Below, piece after piece: positions 37,742 to 47,006 of a stretch of DNA of 64,000 nt. This stretch comes from an uncultured Methanosarcinales archaeon (GTDB lineage Archaea; Nanobdellota; Nanobdellia; Woesearchaeales; CAYZNE01). A model generated the notes under the pieces. The model made no database searches. It was given only the letters and a program-made list of their open reading frames with translations, and was not told the DNA's origin. The DNA lies in the NCBI GenBank assembly GCA_964461035.1, contig CAYWRI010000002.1:11129-75128 (forward strand). The letters are read 5' to 3'. The translations under genes and the position numbers were made by a program. Position 1 is the stretch's first letter, and each line of letters begins with the position of its first letter.

Positions 37742-38347
37742 TTGACAGATAATGAATTGATTGCATACCCTGTTTTAAGAGGTTCAACTAATTTCTATGC
37801 TGCACAATCATATGAAGTTGATTTACCTTCTCAAGAAATTATGAATTTATCTAACGACGAAATAATTTCTTATTTTGAAACTTTAAGCTTTAATAATTTC
37901 AATACTTATTGTTATGTTGAAAACAATGATGATTCAGAATTAAATAGAAACATTATTTGTGATGAATTCTCTTTTTCTGATTCTTGTGAAGTATCAACTT
38001 ATATTTTTCCAGAAGATGTTTTAGCTGTGTTTCCAGATTTATCTTCTATAGAATTTGAAAAGTGCTCTTTTGAGTTTCCTGGTTCAACAGATAGTAATAT
38101 TTTAATTAGTGACAATTATTTGATTATTGATAAAAAAACATATAGATCTCAAGGATATCCTGAAGTTCCTCATATTTTAATTCTGACTGGTGTTGTTCCT
38201 ACAAATTTTGAAGAAACTGATTATGTTTGTCAAATTCAAACTTCAGACTTAGAATATTATCAATACATAGAATCTCAAACTCCTTGTGAAGAAATACAAT
38301 CAAGTTCAACAATGCTTAGATTATTATCTAATTCATTATTGAATTAG
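37742..38347 (+). CDS. Secreted lipoprotein, as called by the track. The true N-terminus (signal peptide plus lipobox) is probably upstream and out of frame; see the finding at 37538-37745.
   Basis: The frame is open from 37541 and encodes ...KKIFLVLLCLAVLLVSGCGHQ... without a start codon. GTG at 37542 is in the +1 frame. Confidence 0.6.
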   Translation: MTDNELIAYPVLRGSTNFYAAQSYEVDLPSQEIMNLSNDEIISYFETLSFNNFNTYCYVENNDDSELNRNIICDEFSFSDSCEVSTYIFPEDVLAVFPDLSSIEFEKCSFEFPGSTDSNILISDNYLIIDKKTYRSQGYPEVPHILILTGVVPTNFEETDYVCQIQTSDLEYYQYIESQTPCEEIQSSSTMLRLLSNSLLN

Positions 38348-38472
38348 TTTTTTCTTTTTTATTTACTTTTTGTCATAAGTTCTGCATATTTTTGAGTTGC
38401 GTTTTTTGCAAATTCTTCATAAGTTGCTTTAAGTTCTTCAGGAGTGTTAGCGTTTGAAAATTTTTGTACGAA

Positions 38473-38757
38473 TCAGGACCCACAATGTCCATGTGTCGAT
38501 ACTAAGTGTAATCGCTCTTTATCTATTTTTGAGTCTATTGAATCTTTTAAGTTTTTCCTTATTGAATCGTCTAGTTCACGAATTTTTTTACGGCTTTCTC
38601 CGTCTCCAAGCATATAAACTAATTTATAATAAATATCACTAAATGAAATACCATTTTTAGAATTATTTAATGTCATTGTAGCTTTAAATCTGGTAGCTTT
38701 AGAAATAATTATGTCAGAATCAAAGTACTTATGCACTTGAGCGTCTATATAATTCAT
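38473..38757 (-). CDS. Hypothetical protein that ends ...HGHCGS at a TGA. The same frame continues for 38 more codons to a TAA at 38359.
   Basis: See the finding at 38359-38757. Confidence 0.5.
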   Translation of the reverse strand: MNYIDAQVHKYFDSDIIISKATRFKATMTLNNSKNGISFSDIYYKLVYMLGDGESRKKIRELDDSIRKNLKDSIDSKIDKERLHLVSTHGHCGS

Positions 38758-38834
38758 AACTTGAAAACAATATGTTAATTTAAACTCTTTTTATGTTAAA
38801 ACTTATATAAACAGATTTTAAAAAAATAAAAAAA

Positions 38835-40274
38835 TTATAAAGATTTTTGCAAATGATATTTATCAAATACCATCTTAACAATCTCTTTACTTTGTCCAAT
38901 ATATTTAGTTGGATTAGTTATTTGAACTATTGTATCGTTACTTAATCTTGAAGTTACTTCATCGCTTTCAAGAAGCACATTTACAAAAGGAATTTTATTA
39001 TTCCATGCATAAGTTGCTAATGCACCCATTAAATCATGAGCTTCTGATCTAGTCATAGGATTATCTGTTTTATTGTTATCTGTTAGATAAGTCATAACTT
39101 GTTGAGATGTAGTACAACCATAACTCCTTAAAACTCTTTCTTTAGATCGTTTTGCACGTATTTGAATATCATACATTATTCTACTCAATCTTCTAATTCC
39201 ATGATCCAAAAACTTGAATCCGTCTTCTAAATTTATTCTTGCGTTTGAAGATGCAGATAAATCTCTTGCATATAACATTTGACAATTCATCATTCCCGTA
39301 GTTAAATTTCCAACTAAATAGTTAGCAATAGACATAACTTGTTCTTCTGCAGTGGGATTTCCTCCTTTTACATCTTTATGAGGCATTGCTGAACTACCCT
39401 TCATTTTTTTACCTGTGTTAACAAAAATATTTACATCATCACTTCGTCCCCATGCAATGTATCTTGCTAAGTTATTCATTGTTGTTCCAAGTCTGGCAAT
39501 AGCATAAAAAATATCTGCTTCAAATTCTAAGCCTGGAAGTTGTGCAGGTGCCATCATCCATCCAATACCTAAATCTTTACAATATTCTTCTTGTAATTTT
39601 ATTCCATCAACACCTAATGCTGTTGCTGAATGATTATTTCCTGTAGCATCTACCCATTTTCCAATAATTGAATTATTGTAAACAAATTTTATAACATTAA
39701 GATCAGATTGAAGCATTTCTGCATAAAAACTAAGAGGTCTTCCAGCAACAGTTGGTAGAGCATCATATAAATGAGACGTATCCATGTGGGGAACATCAAT
39801 CCAAGCTATAGATTTTTCCAAAACAATATCTCTTAAATTTTCAACAGAATTTGTTATTACTTCAAGAGCTTCTTTAACTTGGAGTGCTCTTGCAGGTTGA
39901 GTTGTATCTGCACTTGTTTTGAACTGGTTAATATGTGTTCCAGCATCATGACTTACAACTTCTTCTAAAGCAGTGTTAATTGCAATAACATCATGACCTG
40001 TTTGTTCTTCAAGTACTCTAATTCTATTTGCATCTATATGCTTTAAAGAAGCCTTTTCTTTTAATTCTTTAGCACATTTTGGAGGAACAATTCCTGGATA
40101 TAATCTAGATAATGTTTCTGCAGCTTGACCTTGAACATTTAAACTTTTTTCAAATGTTTGTTCAGGTCCAAAAATATTAATCATTTCTAAAGTTCCGTAC
40201 CTTCCTGCAGCTAATGAAGAAACATCTGGTTCAAAATTTTTTGGAAATCTTGCTTTTGGTTCAGTTTTTATCAT
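38835..40274 (-). CDS. purB: Adenylosuccinate lyase (fumarate-lyase superfamily).
   Basis: Signature GSSAMPHK...NP. 479 aa. Confidence 0.7.
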   Translation of the reverse strand: MIKTEPKARFPKNFEPDVSSLAAGRYGTLEMINIFGPEQTFEKSLNVQGQAAETLSRLYPGIVPPKCAKELKEKASLKHIDANRIRVLEEQTGHDVIAINTALEEVVSHDAGTHINQFKTSADTTQPARALQVKEALEVITNSVENLRDIVLEKSIAWIDVPHMDTSHLYDALPTVAGRPLSFYAEMLQSDLNVIKFVYNNSIIGKWVDATGNNHSATALGVDGIKLQEEYCKDLGIGWMMAPAQLPGLEFEADIFYAIARLGTTMNNLARYIAWGRSDDVNIFVNTGKKMKGSSAMPHKDVKGGNPTAEEQVMSIANYLVGNLTTGMMNCQMLYARDLSASSNARINLEDGFKFLDHGIRRLSRIMYDIQIRAKRSKERVLRSYGCTTSQQVMTYLTDNNKTDNPMTRSEAHDLMGALATYAWNNKIPFVNVLLESDEVTSRLSNDTIVQITNPTKYIGQSKEIVKMVFDKYHLQKSL

Positions 40275-40431
40275 TTAAATACACCCCGCATAACATATCT
40301 TGAAAAACAATTATATTATTTAATACTTTCTATTATTTTGAAGTCAGAATGTCTTTGCTTTTAAACTTAGGTTTATTCTTTAATTCAAGCAATGATAATT
40401 GTGGGTCTCACAACACTAATTGTGGGAACAG

Positions 40432-40720
40432 TTGTCTTTATTTATTTACAAAAAAGCCAATACTATAACCTATGCAAAAATGAAAAATCAAAGATTTTTA
40501 GTCATGTCTTCGACATAAACCAGAGGTTTTTGAAATACAAAATTGTAAATTTTGGTCATTATTGATTGAAAATCAATAATAAACGAAAAACAGAGTTTTT
40601 GGTCACGATAAAGCGTAAATCGAAGATTTAGGTTGTAGATGTAGGCTTTTTTGGATGCCATCCTTTTTGTTGGATACCGCATTCTTTAGGTTGTGAAAGG
40701 ATGTCATTTTATCAGGTAGT
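40432..40720 (+). repeat. Intergenic repeat element, copy A (about 280 nt). It is related to 61645..61870 and to a partial copy near 44040..44095.
   Basis: Shared blocks: aaaaaagccaa[tc]ac[tc]ataa[ct]ctatgcaaaaa; c[at]gaggtttttgaaa; cgaaaaacagagtttttggt[ct]ac[ga]ataaagcgtaaatcgaagatttaggttgta[ga]atgtaggcttttttg; tttaggttgtg...ggatgt[ct]attt. Confidence 0.6.
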
Positions 40721-41174
40721 TGTTCTCAATTAGGTTTTTGCCAGGATCAATATCTTCCTTTTCATAACTTTCTTGTAACTTTTTGTATTTAGATAATGGT
40801 TGTATGGTTGTTAAAATATGTTCCCTTAAAATATTCGGGTTGTTAGCTATGTTAGTTTTATTGTCAGAATCTTCTCCTTGGTTTAATATTTCTTGTTTTT
40901 TTATATATGCATCATTAATATCTTCAACAGTTCTTAGATTATCTTCGGGTTTTTCATAACCGTTTACACCTAAAAAATTAGCAATATGATGATTTTGAGT
41001 CTCACGACTTGGAATACTTATTTTATTTAATACCTTTCCTACATAATTTACTACATTTCCTATATTTTTTAATATATTTTTTCTCCATTTTAAATCACAT
41101 CCTTTTATGATTAAATTAAGTAATTTATAGTGGTAAATTATAACTAGTATATAGGTGTTTCGATTGTTTATCAC
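40704..41174 (-). CDS. Hypothetical protein (156 aa).
   Basis: ORF only. Confidence 0.35.
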   Translation of the reverse strand: MINNRNTYILVIIYHYKLLNLIIKGCDLKWRKNILKNIGNVVNYVGKVLNKISIPSRETQNHHIANFLGVNGYEKPEDNLRTVEDINDAYIKKQEILNQGEDSDNKTNIANNPNILREHILTTIQPLSKYKKLQESYEKEDIDPGKNLIENNYLIK

Positions 41175-41303
41175 TAATGAGTAATAACGTGTATGTTTTT
41201 ATTCATTCATAAATAATTTATTATTATTAAGAATTTTTAAAAATGAGATATATAATAATATAAAAAGTTATAAATCATTAAAGTAAATTTTAAGTTTATT
41301 AGT

Positions 41304-43997
41304 ATGGTTGACTTCAAAAATATTCATAAAATTCCCTTAAAAGATTTTTATAAGATAGTTAATGCAACTGAACAAGGATTATCTTCAGAAGAAGCAGAAA
41401 AAAGATTAAAAAAATTTGGTAAAAACATTCTTGTTACAAAAAAGAAAACATCTTTTCTTCTTAATTATCTTAAGCAATTTACTAATTTTTTTGCAATATT
41501 GCTACTTGTTGGATCATTGTTATCATTCTTAGCAAACTATCTTTATCCTGGTGAAGGAAATTTATATATTGCTATTGTCCTTTTAGTTGTTGTTTTTCTT
41601 AATGCAACTTTTACTTTTATTCAAAAATATCAAAGTGAAAAAATTATGGAATCATTTAAAAACATGCTTCCTTCAGAAGTTACAGTTCTTAGAGATAAAA
41701 AACGTATTAAGATACTTACAGAAAATCTTGTTTCTGGAGATATGATTTTTCTTGAAGAGGGAGATAAAATACCTGCAGATGCAAGAATTATAGAAACAAA
41801 TAATATGAAAGTGGATGTTGCTTCTATTACGGGAGAATCAGAACCTCAATTAAGAAAAGATATTGCAACACATGATAATATTTTAGAATCTAGAAATATA
41901 CTTTTTTCAGGAACACTTGTTCAAACAGGTGATGGAAAAGCAGTTGTTTATGGAACAGGAATGAATACCCAAATTGGAAAAATTGTAAAACTTACTAAAG
42001 AAACAAAAAGTACTAATTCGCCTTTACATAAAGAACTTAATCATTTTATTAAAATCATTTCAAGAATAGCAATAATATTAGGTGTTTTATTTTTTCTTAT
42101 TAGTCTTTTCTCAGGTAATATTGCAACTGCAAGTTTGGTTTTTGCAATAGGAATAATTGTTGCAAATGTTCCTGAAGGATTATTACCAACTGTTACTCTT
42201 TCATTATCAATGGCTGCTAAAAGAATGGCCAAAAAAAATGCATTAATAAAAAATTTAGAGTCAGTTGAAACATTAGGCTCTACAACAGTAATTTGTACAG
42301 ATAAAACTGGAACCCTAACAGAAAATAAGATGAGATTAGAAACCATTTTTATGAATATGGAAGAGACTACTGCAGAAACATTAATTATAAAAAATAAAAA
42401 ATGTTTTTCTCATCTTATAAAAACAATGGTTCTTTGCAATAATGCATACATAGGTGACAAAGGAAAACTTTTTGGTGATCCAACAGAAACTGCGCTAATA
42501 AAATTTTCTAATAAATATGAGAATATTGGGTTGCTAAATAATAAACTGAAAAGACTTAGAGAATCCCCTTTTGATTCTAAAACAAAACGAATGATTACTT
42601 ATAATAAATATAAAAAAGGAATTCGAGCGTATCTTAAAGGTGCACCCGAAGTTGTTGTAAAAAAGTGTACTAAAATACGTGTTAATCAAAAAGTTAGAAA
42701 GTTAACAATAAAAGATAAAAAATTAATCATAAATAAGTATAAAGAAGTTGCTTCTAGAGGAGAAAGAGTTTTAGGGTTTGCATATAAAGATGTTAAAACA
42801 ATTAATAGTTCTGAAAAAAACTATATTTTTACAGGATTAATTGGAATGATGGATCCACCTAGAAAAGAAGTTCCTGCAGCACTAAAAGCTTGTAAAACTG
42901 CAGGAATTAAGGTTATTATGATTACAGGAGATCATCCGCTTACAGCAGAAGCTATTGCTAGAAAAGTTGGGCTTATAACTAAAAAAGCTAATATTATAGT
43001 TGGAGGAGAGCTTGCAAAAATGACAAGTAATAAACTAAAAGCTTTCTTAAAAAAAGATAATATATTATTTGCAAGAACAGCACCCGCTCAAAAATTACAA
43101 ATTGTAAAAGCCCTACAATCCATGAATGAAATAGTTACAGTTACAGGGGATGGGGTTAATGATGCACCGGCACTGAAAAATGCAGATATGGGTGTAGCCA
43201 TGGGAAAAATGGGTACAGAAGTTGCAAGAGAAGCTAGTGACATGATTTTAATGGATGATAACTTTGCTACAATAATTGGTGCAATTAAAGAAGGTAGAAC
43301 AATTTTTGAAAATATTAAAAAGTTTGTAGCATACGTCTTAACAAGTAACATTCCTGAAATACTACCATTTATTGTATTTGTAGCACTAGGATTACCGTTA
43401 CCTTTAACAGTTATACTTATTCTTTCTATTGACCTAGGAACAGATCTTTTGCCTGCATTGGGCTTAGGTTCTGAAAAACCAGAATCTGATGTTATGACTA
43501 AAAAACCAAGATCAAGAAAAGAGAGATTACTTACTAAAAACTTATTATTTATGTCTTATGGCATAATAGGTTTTATACAAGCTGCTGCAGGATTTGCAAC
43601 ATACTTTTTCATTTTATATTCAGGAGGATGGATGTGGGGTCAAGAATTAGCAACAACTAGTCCATTATATTTAAGAGCAGTTACTGGTTTCTTTGTAAGC
43701 ATAATAATTGCTCAGATTGCAGATGTTCTCATATGTAGAACAAGAAGAGAATCAATATTTAAAATTGGATTTGGTAAAAATAAGTTGATACTGTTAGGAA
43801 TACTAACAGAAATATTATTAGTTGGTTTTATTGTTTATACTTCAATAGGCAACAAATTCTTTGGAACAGCACCATTAACATTGCTGGAATTAAGCATTAG
43901 TATTCCTTTTGCATTATTAATTTTCTTTGGTGATGAACTCAGAAAGAAGTTTGTAAGAAAAAACAATAAATTTGTTTTGAATTATTTGACTTGGTGA
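41304..43997 (+). CDS. P-type cation-transporting ATPase (type II, Ca2+/cation).
   Basis: DKTGTLT phosphorylation motif, PEGL in TM4 (not CPC), and the GDGVNDAPAL hinge. 897 aa. Confidence 0.8.
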   Translation: MVDFKNIHKIPLKDFYKIVNATEQGLSSEEAEKRLKKFGKNILVTKKKTSFLLNYLKQFTNFFAILLLVGSLLSFLANYLYPGEGNLYIAIVLLVVVFLNATFTFIQKYQSEKIMESFKNMLPSEVTVLRDKKRIKILTENLVSGDMIFLEEGDKIPADARIIETNNMKVDVASITGESEPQLRKDIATHDNILESRNILFSGTLVQTGDGKAVVYGTGMNTQIGKIVKLTKETKSTNSPLHKELNHFIKIISRIAIILGVLFFLISLFSGNIATASLVFAIGIIVANVPEGLLPTVTLSLSMAAKRMAKKNALIKNLESVETLGSTTVICTDKTGTLTENKMRLETIFMNMEETTAETLIIKNKKCFSHLIKTMVLCNNAYIGDKGKLFGDPTETALIKFSNKYENIGLLNNKLKRLRESPFDSKTKRMITYNKYKKGIRAYLKGAPEVVVKKCTKIRVNQKVRKLTIKDKKLIINKYKEVASRGERVLGFAYKDVKTINSSEKNYIFTGLIGMMDPPRKEVPAALKACKTAGIKVIMITGDHPLTAEAIARKVGLITKKANIIVGGELAKMTSNKLKAFLKKDNILFARTAPAQKLQIVKALQSMNEIVTVTGDGVNDAPALKNADMGVAMGKMGTEVAREASDMILMDDNFATIIGAIKEGRTIFENIKKFVAYVLTSNIPEILPFIVFVALGLPLPLTVILILSIDLGTDLLPALGLGSEKPESDVMTKKPRSRKERLLTKNLLFMSYGIIGFIQAAAGFATYFFILYSGGWMWGQELATTSPLYLRAVTGFFVSIIIAQIADVLICRTRRESIFKIGFGKNKLILLGILTEILLVGFIVYTSIGNKFFGTAPLTLLELSISIPFALLIFFGDELRKKFVRKNNKFVLNYLTW

Positions 43998-44118
43998 AAA
44001 ACTATTTTATATTATTGGATGAGTATTTAAGTTAGACTGTGTTTATTGTTCGCAAAAAACCAATATCATAATCCTATAAAAATCATAGAGCTTTAGTGTG
44101 CTAAAAACTTTTTGTTAT

Positions 44119-44712
44119 TTAGATTATTATAACTTCTCCATCTTTTAGTGCTTTGAATTTAATATTTTTATTTTTTAACGAATCAATAAGTTTTTGTGCA
44201 TTATCAGACTCGCTATGATTAGACTGAAAATGAGGCACAATCACAAAATCAATAAGTCCGAGGCCATCCCAAACAATATCTGTGTTATAAGGATTCAGAT
44301 TTGGATCATCCATGATTCTAAATTCTTTAACACTATCTGAAAGCACGCAGACTCCCGCACTATATCCTCCATAAATTATGTTAATTTCAGAAAGAATTTC
44401 ATCAAATCTGCTAAGTTTCATTGCTTGTCTGAGAACAAAAACATTACCTCCTCTAACCCAAACTATATCAAATGATTCTAATTTTTTCTTTAATTTTTTC
44501 TTTTTTCCAAAATAAGTTCTAAGATCTATTTTATCTACTGAGAATCCTAATTCCTGTAATTCATCAATGTCTTTTTGTTCACTTATTTTACGTCTTTTAA
44601 AATCATCTGAGTAGTCCAGAGCATTGGATATGTATGCTAATTTCTTACCCTCTAAAGATTTTAGCTTGTCAAACTTATTCCCTAATTTATATGATGAAAG
44701 GTAAAATCTCAT
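44119..44712 (-). CDS. Peptidase S51 family (dipeptidase E / cyanophycinase-like).
   Basis: RGGNVF...GGYSAGVCVL is the S51 nucleophile region, and VIVPHF is the catalytic His region. Confidence 0.55.
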   Translation of the reverse strand: MRFYLSSYKLGNKFDKLKSLEGKKLAYISNALDYSDDFKRRKISEQKDIDELQELGFSVDKIDLRTYFGKKKKLKKKLESFDIVWVRGGNVFVLRQAMKLSRFDEILSEINIIYGGYSAGVCVLSDSVKEFRIMDDPNLNPYNTDIVWDGLGLIDFVIVPHFQSNHSESDNAQKLIDSLKNKNIKFKALKDGEVIII

Positions 44713-44795
44713 ATTACCTTATTGAATGATAACACTTTAAATAATTTTTGTATTTAAGAAAGATATTTAAATTTGTTGTACTTACTTAGAATATT

Positions 44796-46013
44796 ATGGG
44801 TGAAGAAAAATTTCAGAAGTTAGTTAAGGCTGCTAAGATATCGGCTAATACTTATCCTGTAAAGGGTGTGGACATATTATTGCCTTTAGGTAAAGCGATT
44901 CTTTCTAATATTGAAAATTTATGTTTATCTTCCTATAAAGACATTGGTTATAAAGAAGTTAGTCTTCCAACAGTATTACCTGAAAAACTTATAGCGCACT
45001 TGAGAAAAGACGGATTGTTTAAATTCAATAATGAATTTGGGCAATATTTTCTTGCTCCAGGCTATGAAACTCAAGCAGTTCTAATGTTTAATGATATTAT
45101 CGATAATTATACTATGTTTCCAGTAAAAATATTCAATATTGGCAGTGCTTATAGACAAACTGCTAAAACACATCTTATTAAGAATTTAGAATTTAGAATT
45201 ATTGAATTTAACTCCTTTTTTAAACTAAGAGAAGACGCTGAAAACGAACTTGATAAATTTAATAAAATTGTTCCGAGAAATCTTAATGCTTTAGAAATTC
45301 CTTGGATTAAATCTAAAGATTCTAAAAATCCTAATGCACAACATAAGTTTTTCGCTTTCTTTCCACACTCTGAACGATTTGGTAGTGTGGCTTGTAATTT
45401 GATAGCAGATTATAAATACACTCAAGCACATGCAATTTCTCTAATCGATGAAAATCATAATCATTTTTATCCTGTTCAATTAAATGCTAGTTTTACAGGA
45501 AGGATGCTCGCAGCGTACTTATCGAATCATATGTATGAAGAAAGAGGTTTCATGTTAGGAAATAATATTTCTCCATATATGGTCCTAGTTAATGAATTAG
45601 ATTTTGATAAACAAGAACTAACTGGATTGACAAGAAGATTTCGTGAAAGTAATATATCTTATCTTCTCTTAAGACAAAAGAGTAATACTCCCAGTTATAA
45701 ACAGTTCATTGCATCAGGCATACCTTTTCAGTTAGGATCAGGAAAACATGATTTGAAAATTAGGAAGAGAGGAGAGGATGTCATCTGGGTAAATTCTAAT
45801 AATGTTATTGAAAGACTTTTATCTCTTAATGAAAATACATTTTCTGTAGATGCTAAGGTTATAAAAGTCATTGAGATAAGCGAAATTCGTAAAGAATATG
45901 CTTCAGATGCAGTATATGTAACAGATAATCCTGCTTTCAATCCGCAAAATAAACTTAAGTTTATTGGTTTTAACGAAGAGAATCAGAGATTGTTCGTGAA
46001 GATGAAGTATTAA
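44796..46013 (+). CDS. Prolyl-tRNA-synthetase-like class IIa aaRS paralogue (archaeal/eukaryotic type, C-terminal Tyr). Motif 2 looks divergent.
   Basis: N-terminus YPVKGVDILLPLGKAILSNIENL...GYKEVSLPTVLPEKL is like archaeal ProRS. The class IIa anticodon-binding region is ISPYMVLVNEL. The protein ends ...KMKY. However, motif 2 reads YRQTAKTHLIKNLEFRIIEF, where the usual fRxE...R(E)F..EGH residues appear substituted, and at 405 aa it is short. Confidence 0.5.
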   Translation: MGEEKFQKLVKAAKISANTYPVKGVDILLPLGKAILSNIENLCLSSYKDIGYKEVSLPTVLPEKLIAHLRKDGLFKFNNEFGQYFLAPGYETQAVLMFNDIIDNYTMFPVKIFNIGSAYRQTAKTHLIKNLEFRIIEFNSFFKLREDAENELDKFNKIVPRNLNALEIPWIKSKDSKNPNAQHKFFAFFPHSERFGSVACNLIADYKYTQAHAISLIDENHNHFYPVQLNASFTGRMLAAYLSNHMYEERGFMLGNNISPYMVLVNELDFDKQELTGLTRRFRESNISYLLLRQKSNTPSYKQFIASGIPFQLGSGKHDLKIRKRGEDVIWVNSNNVIERLLSLNENTFSVDAKVIKVIEISEIRKEYASDAVYVTDNPAFNPQNKLKFIGFNEENQRLFVKMKY

Positions 46014-46999
46014 TGATTAATTATTTTTATCTCGGGATTATTAATATTTGCATCTATAGCTGCATATCCTCCTATTGGAAATATGTTTTTAGGATTGGTG
46101 TGACCAAAATCGGCATTCATTATTGTGGGAACATAAAGACCTATCTTGTCAAGAGCATCAGTTATGGCTTCTGTGGTTATTCCTAATGAACTTTGAAATC
46201 TTCCGAATACAATTCCTTTTAATCCATAGAAACCGTCAAATTGAGATATGGCAAAAAGCATCTCTCGAAAAAACTTAGAATGGTTCTTCATTTTTCTATC
46301 TGCCGTTTCAAGAAAGAGTATTTCTCCTTCAAGGTTTAAGATGTATTTTTGATTTAGCATTACAAGTGTGTCTATGTTTCCTCCAAGTATTGATCCTTTT
46401 GCAGACCCTTCTCTTAAAACTTTTAATCCATTACTTTTCTTAAAATCTCTGTTTATCTGATTTACCGCCCAATAATCATTACTCCAAAATTCAGAAGATC
46501 GTAGAATGTAAGCTTCTTCTTTAAACAGCACGTCTTTAATAGAATTATAAGATAATTCAAAATTTTTCTTCTCTGCAAAATCAAAGAAATTAATACCGTA
46601 ATATGTTACTAGTTCTGCTTTTTTTAATAAAGCATTCTGCAAAGAAGTAATATTCGAATAACCTATAAATATCTTCGGATTTTTTCTTATTATATCATAA
46701 TTGATGAAATTTAAAAGTTCACCGCAGTTGTAACCTCCGATAGTTGATATAATTGCTTTTACATCAGGATCTAAAAAAGCTTCTTCCAAATCTTGCAAAC
46801 GAGATTTAATACTTGTAGTGTCAGAATTTGAAGATCCTTCAGAATTTTTTCCATATGTGACGTAAAGACCTAATGACTCTATTTTTTTCTGGCTTAGGAT
46901 TGGAATGTCTGATGAAATACTTCTTATGAATTTGATTGATCTTGCTGGAGAAATTACTCTAATTTGATCACCTTTACTAAGTTTGGCTGGAAAATTCAT
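46010..46999 (-). CDS. Peptidase S66 family (LD-carboxypeptidase LdcA / microcin-C immunity MccF-like).
   Basis: Nucleophile motif GYSNITSL (GYSDxTxL-like) and the DFGH catalytic His region. It sits 7 nt downstream of ThrRS on the same strand. Confidence 0.6.
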   Translation of the reverse strand: MNFPAKLSKGDQIRVISPARSIKFIRSISSDIPILSQKKIESLGLYVTYGKNSEGSSNSDTTSIKSRLQDLEEAFLDPDVKAIISTIGGYNCGELLNFINYDIIRKNPKIFIGYSNITSLQNALLKKAELVTYYGINFFDFAEKKNFELSYNSIKDVLFKEEAYILRSSEFWSNDYWAVNQINRDFKKSNGLKVLREGSAKGSILGGNIDTLVMLNQKYILNLEGEILFLETADRKMKNHSKFFREMLFAISQFDGFYGLKGIVFGRFQSSLGITTEAITDALDKIGLYVPTIMNADFGHTNPKNIFPIGGYAAIDANINNPEIKIINH

Positions 47000-47006
47000 T
47001 ATAAGA

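Noticed and set aside
40488-40682. 64-aa ORF on the minus strand
   Set aside because: It lies wholly inside the non-coding repeat element copy A. No homologous ORF exists in copy B, which has indels that break the frame.
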